The notes below the pieces were generated by a model, which worked only from the letters and a program-made list of their open reading frames with translations, was not told the origin of the DNA and made no database searches. A program made the translations under genes and the position numbers. This document shows positions 46,270 through 58,441 of a stretch of DNA of 64,000 bases, piece after piece; positions within the stretch are counted from its first letter, which is position 1; every line of letters begins with the position of its first letter. The stretch is from Ramazzottius varieornatus (taxonomy: Eukaryota; Animalia; Tardigrada): positions 3,393,158 through 3,457,157 of the forward strand of contig BDGG01000003.1 of the NCBI GenBank assembly GCA_001949185.1, read 5' to 3'.

Positions 46270-49200
46270 TCAAACTTTCGTCAGTTTACGCAAGTCGTCG
46301 ATCTCTTTCTTCTTCGCCGCTTTAGCAGCCTGATTTGCCAAGAACTTTTCTCGTCGATCCGTACGCGGTCCTCTTCGCTTCTCGGCCAATCGACCACTAC
46401 ACAAGTACAGACAGAAACACTGAGCCTTCATAACGAGGTACTGATAGTTATGGTACTAATAAGCTAACTCCAGTCCCAAGTAACGAAACCCTACGTGGCA
46501 TCGCCGCAGAGGGAAGCAGGGTCCAGAGCTTCGGCCAAGTGGAACGTTTCTTCGGCATGGAGACACACAGCAATCAGCGTGTCCAGGTCCAGCATGCTTT
46601 TCAGCGACTCTGGGAAGATCTTCTTGTTCTGTCGACAGGACTCCGCTGTGTCTTCTCCGCCCACTAAACAACAGATCAACATTCTCTAAGTATGTTTTCC
46701 GTAATTTAGAACGAGTGAAAGTTACCCAAATGCATCGTCAGAAGGTATCCATATTTATTGATCGACTTCCCAGGAGAGCTCGGTCCGCACAGGTCTTGCA
46801 CACTATCCAAGAAGCTCTTCTCGACAAAGACGTCCCGACCCAACCGAATTTGGGTTCGACTAGGAGCTGGGTGTGTCCAATATCTGACGTCTTCAAGCTG
46901 CACAATTTCCTGGGGCTTTTTTGTATACTCTCTTACGGAATACGCGTGGTACGATATTCCTTTCTCGACACCCTTGCCGATCAGCCGCAGCTTACTCACC
47001 ACTTTGGACTGCAGCGCGTACGTGGAGACTTTTGTCGGCTTGAAGAGATTCTGAACATGAACTGCATGAGACAAAACAGAAATCGGTAAGACCGAGCAAT
47101 GCAAATTTTTGAATGCGTAAAACAAAAGCAAACAGTAAAAGTAATTCGTACACCTGCATACATCTCGCCGTATAATAGCACGAATCGCGGTATGCAGGCG
47201 CGGGCAAACCGCGCATGTGTCCAACTCGCCACACCTGCGTGCAGCCAAGTGGGGCATCAACACAGTACATGAGTATGCAGGTGCGTGAATGGCTTTTGTT
47301 TTCTGCCGTCTCAGCCTGTCAAATGTGTCCTTTTACCGCAAATGGCCTCCAGGAGCCCTTTCGGGACGATCTCGCCGTAAGCCGGCTTGTTAACCAGCAT
47401 GCCAGAGATCTTTTTGTAGACGGCCGGTTCGCCGCCCAAACCATGCATAACAATAGCAGTGATGTACCGCATGAACTGGCCCTGGCGAAGGGACTCTGGA
47501 CCGTAGTATCTCTGTTACAAAAAACTGTTGTACAAAAGAACTGTTACAAAAACATCGAACGCATCTAAAAACTACCTGGTACTCGGCCAGACGCAAGGTC
47601 TTCATGTAAACATTGTGCTTTTCGGAAAGACGAGTCAAGTTCGGCGCTGGAGCGTTCCAGTAGTTGCAGCCAGGTTGGGCTGGCGGCCCGTTGTCGTATC
47701 GTGCATCCGCTTCTGCCTTGTCCGAGAAGACCACTGATGCCAGCAATGCAGTATTAGCTTTCTCGGTTCGCCACTTTAGACGGGATGTTATGCGTCTCTT
47801 AAATTCCGTCAGATCGAACGTGTCAGCCAGACAGAAAATTCGCTTTGTATGACCTGCAAAGCACAAAAGTATTCGAAGACGATGTATCACAGACGCGGGG
47901 GCCGTCAGTTCACTCAAAGTGGCGTACACTTTTGGCCATCAGCAGTGTTAACCTGCGCGATTTGAAACTTTTCTTGCCCAGGTCAACATGACTCTACGAA
48001 AATGGGATTTGTCTCTTCTTACAGTGTACAGCGTGCTGTAGTCCATGACCAACTAGCTTCCCAATGCCGATGGCTCCTCCAACCTTGGCCATACAGGCCT
48101 CTTTTAGCTTTAGCAGATCCCCCAGAAGGGCTTCCATCACATCAACAGCATACCGCGTAGATATCGTCTCCATTTCTTCGGATCCGTCGTACTCGTCGAG
48201 ATAGCGATGCTTCAGCTCCGCCAGCCTGTCCGCGCTTACGTAGTAGTCGAAGCCGTAAGTCAGCTGGATCTTGTCCGGTCCCGGGTTGGAGTACAGCCGC
48301 AAGGCATCGCGGACCTGCGGCGCACAAGGTCGCCACGAGGCTCTGGTCGAGTAGCTGGCCGAATGGAATAACCGGCGACGAATCTCCATCTGGAACAACT
48401 TCCTGTCGAAACGGTCCACGTCCCGCGGGAAGAAAACCGCCCTGACGTGTTCTGAAAGCCAAAGCCACTTTATTATTTACATTGTAATTCGGCAAACAGA
48501 CTCGACCAGATGGTTTCCCCAAACTGCGCACGTTCTCGGTGTTACTTGCCGGAAAAGTGCGCCATCTGTGAGAACTATCTGGTTGAGGCAGTCAGACGAG
48601 CTCCCATAGTGTGTTCCATTCCATCCGCTTACCTGTGACAGCTTGGCAAACTGCATTGACGACATTCGACGTCATTTCCGTGTTGAACGACGACGTACTG
48701 TCCGAGCAGGCCGACAGACTTCTGGCAATCGATTCGGTTCCTCCAAGCAGATGTTCGATCAGCGTCCAGCCGTACTTGATACACCGGCTCATCTGATCCA
48801 TCTTCTTCCCAGTAGCGTTCTTACTGAACTGTTCAGTCAAAGCCATCATCGCCTCGCTGTCTACATAGATCGGCTGACTAGCCAGTAACTTCACTTTATC
48901 GGGACCTGGTGTCGTCCAGTACTGCGACGATATAATCGTCCCACCAGACTGCGGATGGATCTTCATCACCGACGGAGAAGTTGTTAAAGTCGTGTCTTTA
49001 TTTGAAAGCTCAGCCGCGGTCATTGTCTTCGAAGCTGTCTCTGTGCTACTGGTTTCGGTTCCTTCACCTGCCGCTGAACTCGGCACACTGAACCGTGTAT
49101 TCGCGGCCGGCATGAAATTGTGTTCGTTACGTGCGTCGTTCGCTGAAGGTGCCTGCAAGAGTGAACTAATGGTATCCTTCGAAATCTGTTGTAGTTGCTG

Positions 49201-50845
49201 CTGCTGCTGCAGCAAGCCCTCATCACGAGCAGCTGCTGGTTCTGGCTTGTGAGTGTCTTCGAGCGAGGTCGCTCTGACGTCGTCAACTTTGTCCGGCTCA
49301 AAGGTCGCGTCCTCTTCCGTATCGTCCGGATTCGACTCGATGGCAGAAGCCTCTTCGTCTGCAAAAAGGTTTCCGTAAAATGGAATGAGGTTCAAATTAT
49401 GCCTATGTGGAAAAAGTGTGCAACGGTGTAAAGAAGATCGTAGTTGTTCGGCTTTGTTACCTTCGCTTATATTGGTTTGCGGGGTTTTGCTTGCTCTGAC
49501 AGCAATTCGAGCGCTGCTTCTTCGAGGTGTAACTGCGGGCTTTTCCGCTACTTCGAAGTCCGAGTCTTCATCGTTGTCTTCTACACCGCGTCTTGACTTG
49601 CTAGTCTTCGAGCCTCTTTTCCCTTTGCCCTCGACCTTCTTGGCTTTAACAGGCGTTGATGTAGTCTCGTGAACCTTCGCTTTCTTCGCTACATGGTTTT
49701 CTTCAGCGGCAACTGGTTTCCTCTTGGCTACCAAAATGGGTTCTGCGGATCCTTTGCTTGAATAGCCGCCTATAGTAGCGAACAGTCGAGCTATCGGGTC
49801 GTTACTCGTGCAAGGAGTGATCGAACTGGAAGAAGAGCTCTTAGCATCGGGACATTTGTGTGCCACAATGCCACAAAGCTTCGAAGCTGCCAAAGGACAT
49901 GTCGGATTCCCCACGCTCGTCCCACATGGAGGTCTACGGCCGGACTGCGAAGTGCGGGCTACGGAAGACACAGGGGATCGGCCTGGGTTCAAAAGGTTTC
50001 TGGCTAGGTTGCTCCAGACTGGCTGAGGTTTCTCAGAACAAGCGTGAGGAATTAGGCAGCACAACTTCGAAGCCTCTAATGGACAGGATCCACCCCTTAG
50101 AGCAGGTAAAGAATGAGCTGGAACCTTCGGGATACGTTCACGTCTTGATATGGGGACGTGGGATGTATTCGGGATACCTGAAGTACTAGACATGGACCGT
50201 TTCTTGTTGGCGGATGCGGTCGTTAGCCGATCTGGACAAACATGCGCGACCATCCCGCAAAGGTTCGAATCCGCTAACGAACACTTTTTTCTGATGCTTC
50301 CAGTGGACTGGAAGCCTCCTGCAAAATCTAATTGTTTACATATGTGAAATAAATGGAAACAGTGTACGCTACAAACCATTGCGCTTTCCGCCGGAAGTGA
50401 AAGATGTAGGCAATGCAACTTCCGGTGATGGTGGTGAGACGATGAGATACTCGTCCAGTATTCCTCCAGCATCGTTTGGTGGTTTCTCCGCTTGTTCCGG
50501 GATGTCTCGTTTGTCACCAGCATCCAAGAAGTCCAGGATTTGGCGAACATCGTCCGCTGACCTCACAACACTGCATCCGATAACGCTTCTTAGAAAAGAC
50601 GTGCCAACCTCGACCCCACCGGAAGTGATCTTGGGGTACAGCACAGCGTTCTTCAAGTCTACCGGACGGATTAGGTACTGCAAGCATATGCTTTGGGTGA
50701 CAACGGGAACGATGCTGTCGGGATCAAGCTTGAAGATGACGATTGTCTTCGCTGCATTTTTCACATCGTATCTCCATGCCCCGTACTTGTCTCCTTTGGG
50801 TACAATGTCGTTAACGTACGCCTGGAACGACGGAGTAGCCTCCAT
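46270..50845 (-). CDS. Uncharacterised nuclear protein: 3 Cys/His motifs, basic/acidic disordered linker, 4 BEN-like repeats; about 9 exons
   Basis: Continuous spliced frame through GT-AG introns (one junction not resolved) ending KKKEIDDLRKLTKV*; four repeats begin YWTTPGP / YSNPGP / YWNAPAP / YWTHPAP. Confidence 0.75.
48487..48597. repeat. Intronic palindromic repeat family, copy in the BEN-like gene intron
   Basis: gactcgaccagatggtttccccaaactgcgcac...gtgcgccatctgtgagaactatctggttgag. Confidence 0.7.
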
Positions 50846-51099
50846 TACTACAACACAGAACCTCAGTTAGTTAACGCCATGTTAGTGTCCATGGTCGGGA
50901 AATCCTGGGAGGAAGAAAGTCAGAAAACAAGCGTTTATACCACTGTAGAGCTGCAGTACTTTTCGTGCTGAAAACAACGGCGTGCCAAAATGCGGGCTGA
51001 ATCAGGACTCGTCGTAGACTGTAGAAAAACGCCCACTAACAGATACGAGAAGGGTGGGGAATCAAGTCGTGAAATGACTTTTTACGCGAAAAATATTCT

Positions 51100-51296
51100 G
51101 GTTTTATTGGCGCTATAGTTTTCTTCCGTTTTGATTAATGATGAGCATCACATTTTACATTATATTACATTTTACATTACAGTTACGCTTTCACACGACA
51201 TTGCAACCACCGGGAAGTTGTAATGTAAATGTAAAATGTAATGTAATGTAAAATGTCATTAATCAAAACGGGAAAAAATATAGCGCCAATAAAACC
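51100..51296. mobile_element. Palindromic AT-rich MITE-like foldback
   Basis: ggttttattggcgctata...ttttgattaatga matched by tcattaatcaaaac...tatagcgccaataaaacc; internal (ACATT)n/(AATGT)n arms; no TSD identified. Confidence 0.75.
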
Positions 51297-51689
51297 TTAA
51301 AAGCCAAAATCTGCGGTATTTTGAGTATTTTGCCGCTGGAAATCTAAACTTTGGCTGACTTACGTGCGAAAATGTCAGAAACCTCCTGAATATGGTCATT
51401 TTGCAACCGTATTTTTAGCTATTTCTGGAAGACAATTAGTAAGATATATATTTTATGCAAACGCAGACATAGCTGGTTTATCGATCTCGTCGTTCCCTAC
51501 CACTTTTAACCGCCCGGTTTGTAGAATATAAACTGGTGCAAGATGTAATTAGACTTTTACAATTACACTATTTTACACTACAATTTATATTACACGGACC
51601 ATCTACGTGTAATGTTCATCATTAGTTTTGATGGCATGGTCGATGACATAGACGAGTATTCGCTCCGCTTCGATATTCGCCAAACGCAA

Positions 51690-54600
51690 TCGATCAACGA
51701 CGGATACATCCGGATATATCCGGTTAAAAGACGGATTGGATAAGTATATCAACCATCCGCTTATTAGCCGGATAAAGCTCTTAACCACCCGGATAGGATC
51801 CGGATAACGTCCTTATCCAACCAGATTTTATCCGGTTAATGAGCTTCGAATCAACCAGCAAATCAAGGCAACTTGCTTCAGCTGACGAGCTGTAGTCTGG
51901 CTGCCGACGGGTCTTGGGCTGACTGGCTCAAAATTCGTTTTGTTACACAATCTCCTAATTAGCAACCGCACTGGAAGTCAGCGTTAAATACTGTATCTGT
52001 TCCTACTGCACCGTTACAGTATGTCGGCTTCCTCCACTTCTTGCTTGCCAACATTTTTGATGGGATTCTTTAGCTTCCTGTGCCTTATTGTTTGACGTGC
52101 TATAGTCTATAGGGTATTGGAACCGGACTTTGCAATATGGCCACTCGTAAACGCTCCTGGAATGGGCAAAAAAACGACGAAGAGGACGACGGCCACCATG
52201 ACGCTCTTCACGATGAAGTTGTCGATTTCGAGGCAGAACTTCTGAGCCTCACTACACCTCTAAGCACCGCTGAGAGTTTCCCGGAGGAACTCACTGCAGC
52301 GGACACTGTACAACTACCAACCGGAACGAAGAAGAAGGGTAAGGCGACACATTCAGATATAAACGATCACTTCACGAAGTCGGTTGGTAAAGACGGAAAA
52401 ATATAAGCCAAATGTAACTATTGCAGCAGCGTCTACAAGAACGTGCAAGGAACTTCTGACTTGCACTACTATATGAAGAAAGAGCATCTTTCGAAACTGC
52501 AGAAAGCTTCCAAAGACAAGCTACTTCATCCAGCGTCTCAAGCAAAGCAGAAAGACCATCCACAGGTCATGTCAGAGAAAGAAACTACTCGTCACACGAA
52601 CAAACTTACGGAGTGGATCGTCTGTACTGCAAAGCCGATCAGCACCGTTGATGAACCACGATTTGTCAAACTCATTAGTGGTCTGAATGCTAGCTACAAG
52701 GTAAAATCTCATAACTATTAATAGGTCTATGTTCGGACGATGATGAGAATCCATTTTGTCGTACTTTTGTAAACGATGTAAGCATTTGAACAGGTGCCCT
52801 GTCGACAAACCATCCGGAGGCTTATCGTCGACGGCTACAAAGCGAAGAAAGTCCAGATCATTGAAGAACTATCTGCGGTGGCGAGTCGTTTCTCACTGAC
52901 AACAGACATGTGGAAAGCAAGCGTCAGAAAGCAGTCATATCTTGTTATCACCTTGCACTGGATAGATAACGAATGGAAGTTGAGAAATGTTATTCTTGAC
53001 TTTCTATATATCCCTCATAAGCATTCAGGTGAAAACATGAAAGACGCAGCTATGGAAACTCTCAAAGAACTCAAAGTCGCCCACAGGATCTCTGGAGTGA
53101 CTACAGATGGAGCGTCAAACATGATAAAGTTCCTCGACTTATTGCTGGCTGACATGGAAACTGAAAGGCGTAGTTTTTCGAGAACCGCGCAGTTCTCACC
53201 GAAAGGTAAACGTTTAGAAGCAATAAAGAAAATATGAGTTAGTGTGTATTCTCACAAATGCAAATAGCTCGAAGTCGCCCTTGCGGCAATACATGTTCTG
53301 CTAGGGTCAATATTCACTACGGTAAATAACTATATTATTTTTTCCAGTTAGCTCGTTCTGGCATGGGGTGCAGCACACATTGTCAATAAAGTGGCGGAGG
53401 TAGCAATCGACAAGAAGGTTGATACTGTTTCGAAAATTCGCGCATGTGTGGTTTACTTACGTCAACCCACCATTCGCGAAAGTTTCTTGGCTTCTATCCA
53501 GCCTGCACCGGAGGACCTGAAGTTGCCGTTGGATGTAGCCACACGGTGGAACAGCTTTTTGCATATGGTGGAGTCAACTTATGCACGACGCCATGAAATT
53601 CACGACTACTTGTCCACCCAGAAAGCAGCCATCAAGAATGACGTACCCCCTGCGAAGGAATGGATCGAGATGGAAGACCTCATCGAACTTCTGAAGCCTC
53701 TGGAAGCTGTTTCTGTTGATTGCTCGGCTTTTAAGTCTTCAACCTTCCACTTGGCCTTGGCCGAGCTGGAGTGTTTGCAGTCTCACCTGAAAGCTTTTAA
53801 CGAAGACTACGCTAAGGTTTATATGCATTTGTTATTGTCAGTAAAAGTTTCGGTACTAACTCTGGAGGGCTATTATTTCGTCAAAAGCTGTATGCTTTGT
53901 TAACTTCAGGCACACTGGATCTGCGAATTGGCTAAAGACATGTTAGCCAAACTGGAGGACTGCCTTAAATTATCCTGGAAAACACCTGGCGTCCGAATAC
54001 AAGTTCCTATGATAGCCAGGCTGCTTGATCCGAGCATCAAAGACGCCTACCTTCCTACAGTGGAAAGTCGAACTGCAGCCAGCACCATGCTGAAACATAT
54101 AGTGCAACTATACAAGAATGTTCCAAGGTAGTAAATCTTTTAGTATGCTCATATCCAAACTGGTACCAGAATTATATTCGTAGCAGTCTAAGCCTATGAA
54201 TTCTTTCTGCTATAGTGAAAGAACAGGTTCCGGAAGTTCTTCGCAGTCAGCCGTTTGAGCGCCTGAAGAGCCGCTGTCTATTCGCGAAAGAATGATCGCA
54301 CAAGTTACTTCGGGGGCGGATACTCAACTGAACGAGGTGGATGAGTACTTTTTGGACCCGAAGGAATCAGCCAAAAGAGATGTTCTAGACTTCTGGAGTA
54401 TGAGTGAAACGCGATATCGTACTTTGCACCGCCTTTTAAAAGACGTCCTGGCTGCACAGGCTTCGTCCGTGCCATCAGAGAGTGCCTTTTCTGGTAGCGG
54501 TCGACACATAACCGTCCTACGTAATCGACTTGAGCCTGAAGCCATTCAAGCCATGTTATGCTTGAATTCTTGGACTGATGTCTTCGAAACTATGGTTGCG

Positions 54601-54843
54601 ATGATGATTGACGATGATGAGTAAACAGAGCGAAGGTTCGATAGCTTCGACTCACAGCTAAAAACTGACGAGAATCTCTAAGCGGAATTTTAACCGGATA
54701 ATATCCGGACAAGCCGGATAAAAGTTTTAACCAGAGAGCTGGATAAGGATAAGTCTTTTAACCAACCACACTGTATCCGGATAAAGTTTTATCCAACCGC
54801 TTATCCAACCGTTTAACCATTTAACCAACCATTAACATCCCTA
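51690..54843 (+). mobile_element. hAT (Ac-like) DNA transposon, decayed; left end not resolved
   Basis: CCGGATA/TATCCGG subterminal repeat clusters at about 51700-51840 and 54690-54820; right end CATCCCTA (TAGGGATG, Ac-like TIR). Confidence 0.8.
52137..54624 (+). pseudogene. hAT transposase with BED finger and dimerisation domain; intron-containing, in-frame stops
   Basis: HF..AKCNYC..GTSDLHYYMKKEH, SLTTDMW, VTTDGASNM, DVATRWNS, VLDFW, QASSVPSESAFS; stops at 52404-52406 and 54256-54258; the CxxH motif reads GAAH. Confidence 0.88.
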
Positions 54844-55285
54844 ACTGCAGCTCATGAGTGCTGATGCCTGATGGACCTGATGGTCGTTCAGGGTAAGGAA
54901 AACGGCTCGCGAAAGTTTCGGTTCGGGTGGAAGCCGTTCGGCAGATAGATCTGACTCGGTCCGGTAGCCAAACCCAGGACTGGAGGAAACAGCTGTTTCC
55001 GTGTTTATCAGTTCGCGCACTGAAAGTCTGAAAGCATTTAGGCTTTAGCACGGAAGAATCTTTCTTCTTCCTGCAGTTATCCGTATTGCTCCATCCTTGT
55101 GTGTTTGATGCGGACGATCGAGAAGAAAGGGAGCTGTTTCGTTTGCTTCCCCGGATGTGAGTTGCAGTCCATACCGGATTGAAGAAGTGATATCGTTTAA
55201 TGTGTCCATACAGTGTCATCACGCCGAGGCACCCGAGCTAATACGGAGCTATAATTGCGCTGAAACTCTCAACGTCGTCTAAAGA

Positions 55286-57927
55286 ATGCGTCTACTATGT
55301 CCATCTTTTGTTGCTACTGCTAGGTGAGGGCATGAGCAATCTGCGTAAATGGATGATTGCACTACGGGTGTACCGTTTATGTGTTTCGCCGTTCCAGGGG
55401 TAGAAATCTGATCCCACCAGATGGACTGAGATCTCACTTCCGGTCAGCAGTACTTCGCACCGGACAAATTCCACCTCGGTGGTTTGCGTCCACAGTCGCA
55501 CAAATCCAAGCCGTGCAACAGGGAGAGTCCGATGTTTCTTCCAGCTCGACGTCATCCCCACAACCCTCGTCGACATGGCATTCAGCTTTGCTCAACCCGA
55601 AGTTTGCTTCCAAGACTGCTTTCAAAGACGCTTCGCGCACATATACCTATCACGACATAGCCTCTGCGGCCTACGCGAACCACCTGAAGCTCGAAGACGA
55701 CTTCCGCGTTGAAAAGTCAACCAAGACAAAAGCCAAGACCCTGAACGGGAAACGTATTGGCATTTATACCCCACACGACGCATCGTTCCTTATAAGTCTA
55801 TGGTCGACATGGCTTTCCGGAGGTACCAACAACTTATCCGTCAATTCCTTTTGGGTTAGCTGAACTGTCGATATAAACTCACTCAACCATAGAAATTCGT
55901 CCTCTGATTTTCAGGTATAGCGGTGCCATTGGGAATTACCCACCCCGAACCACAACTGGAGTACTTCCTGCGCAACTCGGACACTTCGGTGATACTTTGC
56001 TCGAAAGAGACGGAAGAGAAAGCAACCAAGATTGCAAAGGCTTGCGGAGCCGAAATATTACCTGTCACTCCAGTCTCTTCTGACCTAAAGGACGCTGAGA
56101 AACTGAGATCAGCCATAGCACCGCTCTCCCCAGCACCCGAGGACTCTGCGCTGATTCTCTACACGAGCGGAACCACTGGACAGCCGAAAGGTGCTGGGAA
56201 GTTCTTTTGTTTAAGGTGCTCAGTCGTTCTCAAGACTTTTTTGTAGGAGTGTTATGGAAGCATAAGGCACTTGCCGGACAGGCGCAAGCAATGATCGAAT
56301 CATGGGCATGGAGTCCAAAAGACAACATACTGCACGTGCTACCTTTGTACCATCTCCACGGCCTTATCAACTGTCTCATCACTCCACTTTCATGTGGCGC
56401 TGCGGTCACAATGGATCAAGACTTCAAAGCAGAAAGGGTAAATATCTTTGTGGTTTTGCTTACCCTCGGCATAAAGTTGACACTGTCGACTTACGTTGAA
56501 ATGTTTTTAGGTGTGGAAGCAGTTGTTGAGTTCGGATAAGGAACGAATCAACGTCTTCATGGCGGTACCCACGATCTACGTCAAACTGCTCGAGTACTAC
56601 AGTTCCCACAGCTCTTCGATGCCTTCCAAAGATGAAGTGAAAAACATTTGCTTGTCGAAAGTCCGTCTGATGGTCAGCGGTTCCGCGCCACTTCCGGATG
56701 TCGTCTTTCGGGCTTGGGAGGACTTGACGGGCCACAAACTCCTCGAACGATACGGAATGACAGAGGTACGTAACCTCAAATTGCAGTAATGTACTGCACA
56801 GGAAAGATTGATAGTTGGTACATTACGGTGAAGCACTGTAGAAAGATCATGCCCTTGAATATTGATAACCGGTATCATTGCAGACTGGAATGCTCCTGAG
56901 CAATCCGCTAAATGGACCGAGGATACCCGGGACAGTAGGTCATGTTATGCCTCAGGTAAAAGCTCGTATCGTTCCCGCTTCGGAAGTAACCCTCAAGTCT
57001 GCCTCGTCAGCCACGGAGGAGCCTCGATTGTCTTTCCACAACCTCAAGGCAAAGATCTTGCATAAGGTTGAAGAGCCCGCTGCACAGGCTTCCCAGAAAG
57101 CAGTCCACGACGCACCGGCAGGTTCACAGATGGGCGAACTGCAAGTCACGGGACCTAACATGTTCAGTGGTTACTGGAACAACGAGAAAGCCACGGCCGA
57201 ATCACATTCCGACGATGGGTGGTTTAGGACAGGCGATACAGCGGAGGTGCGGGATGGTGTTTACCGGCTGCTTGGTCGAACTTCCTCGGACATTATCAAA
57301 AGCGGTGCGTACAAAATTGCAATGGAAAATTAGTGATTTCGCTAATATAATTTCCAAATGAATGAATTGATCGTTTGAAAAATTATGTCCAGAAAAGCAG
57401 AGAAAATGTTAGGTGGACAAATACACTAAACTGAGCCAGATCGTTTTCCCAAGTAGCGCAGACCTTCTGCCAATAACAATGAAAGCGTGCGCTACTTGAA
57501 CAAGGACTGGTTCCATTCATCTGCTTTTAGTTGACCATGTCATTATTTCTGTTTAGGAGGATATAAAATCAGCGCGCTGGATGTAGAGAGAAGGATTCAG
57601 GATCATCCTGACGTGGCAGAATGTGCCGTGTTCGGCATACCTGACGTTGTGTGGGGTGAAAGAATCGTCTGCTTAGCGAGGCTACAGCCGACGGCTTCGT
57701 CAAGCGCCAAGACTGATCCAGCGACCTTCCAGAAGACTATCGCTGCTTTTGTGGCGGAAACTTTACCTGCTTACACCGCACCGAAAGAAGTGCAAATAGT
57801 GGAGGAAATACCGAAGAACGGCATGGGGAAAGTTAACAAGAAGGCTTTGATCACGGAGTACCGATCAGAGACGACGGCGGACTCGCAGTCGCAACCGTCC
57901 AGAGAGAAATCTCAAGTCTCTGGCTAA
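55286..57927 (+). CDS. ACSF3: Mitochondrial malonyl-CoA synthetase-like acyl-CoA synthetase, multi-exon
   Basis: YTSGTTGQPKG, LHVLPLYHLHG, VFMAVPTIYVKLL, RLMVSGSAPLP, LLERYGMTE, GWFRTGD, LGRTSSDIIKSGGYKISALDVE, PKNGMGKVNKK. Confidence 0.92.
57428..57512. repeat. Intronic palindromic repeat family, copy in ACSF3 intron
   Basis: ccagatcgttttcccaagtagcgc...gtgcgctacttg. Confidence 0.7.
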
Positions 57928-58441
57928 TCCAGTAGAAGATGCACCCTTTGCTCAGTTGTAACAGAGAGTGAAATTTACGAACAAGCAGTGTACATTTGTC
58001 TATTCATCTCTAGTTTATGTAGATATTCTGTCAGTTGTCCATTCTTGTTGGCCGCGTACTGTGGCTTACATTATCCCTGCTAGACTATAGATTTCCATAG
58101 GGCTCCCGCATGATAGCAGACTGTGTTACAGTTTTAACCGCATATTTTGAGCGCAATCAGATTTAAAGGTTTTCATGGACGAACCGAAGGCGGACTGAAA
58201 TGTTGCAAGACAGGAACTTACCTGTTGTCCGGTGGTTGCAACGTGGGAGTACCTCGGTTTCGGCAGGTGGCCAAGCAACATCCACATACTTAAAGCGTAA
58301 TGCTGGGGGATTTGCCGATAGGTGTGACCATTATGGACTACCTTCCTCAGTTGTTTGTTCCAGAAGACAATGGATAGTAGTATGGATTTTACAAATTGAT
58401 GCATCATGGGATTTGTGACATAGGTCTGCTCGTCCGGAAAA

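Noticed and set aside
48592-50550. 652-aa ORF as a single-exon gene or as Dsup itself
   Set aside because: It reads through introns and its N-terminus is off-frame to the real first exon; similarity to Dsup is limited to one short motif
51700-51840. CCGGATA repeats as a CRISPR-like array
   Set aside because: Irregular short motifs mirrored at the other end of the hAT transposase; these are subterminal transposase-binding repeats in a eukaryote
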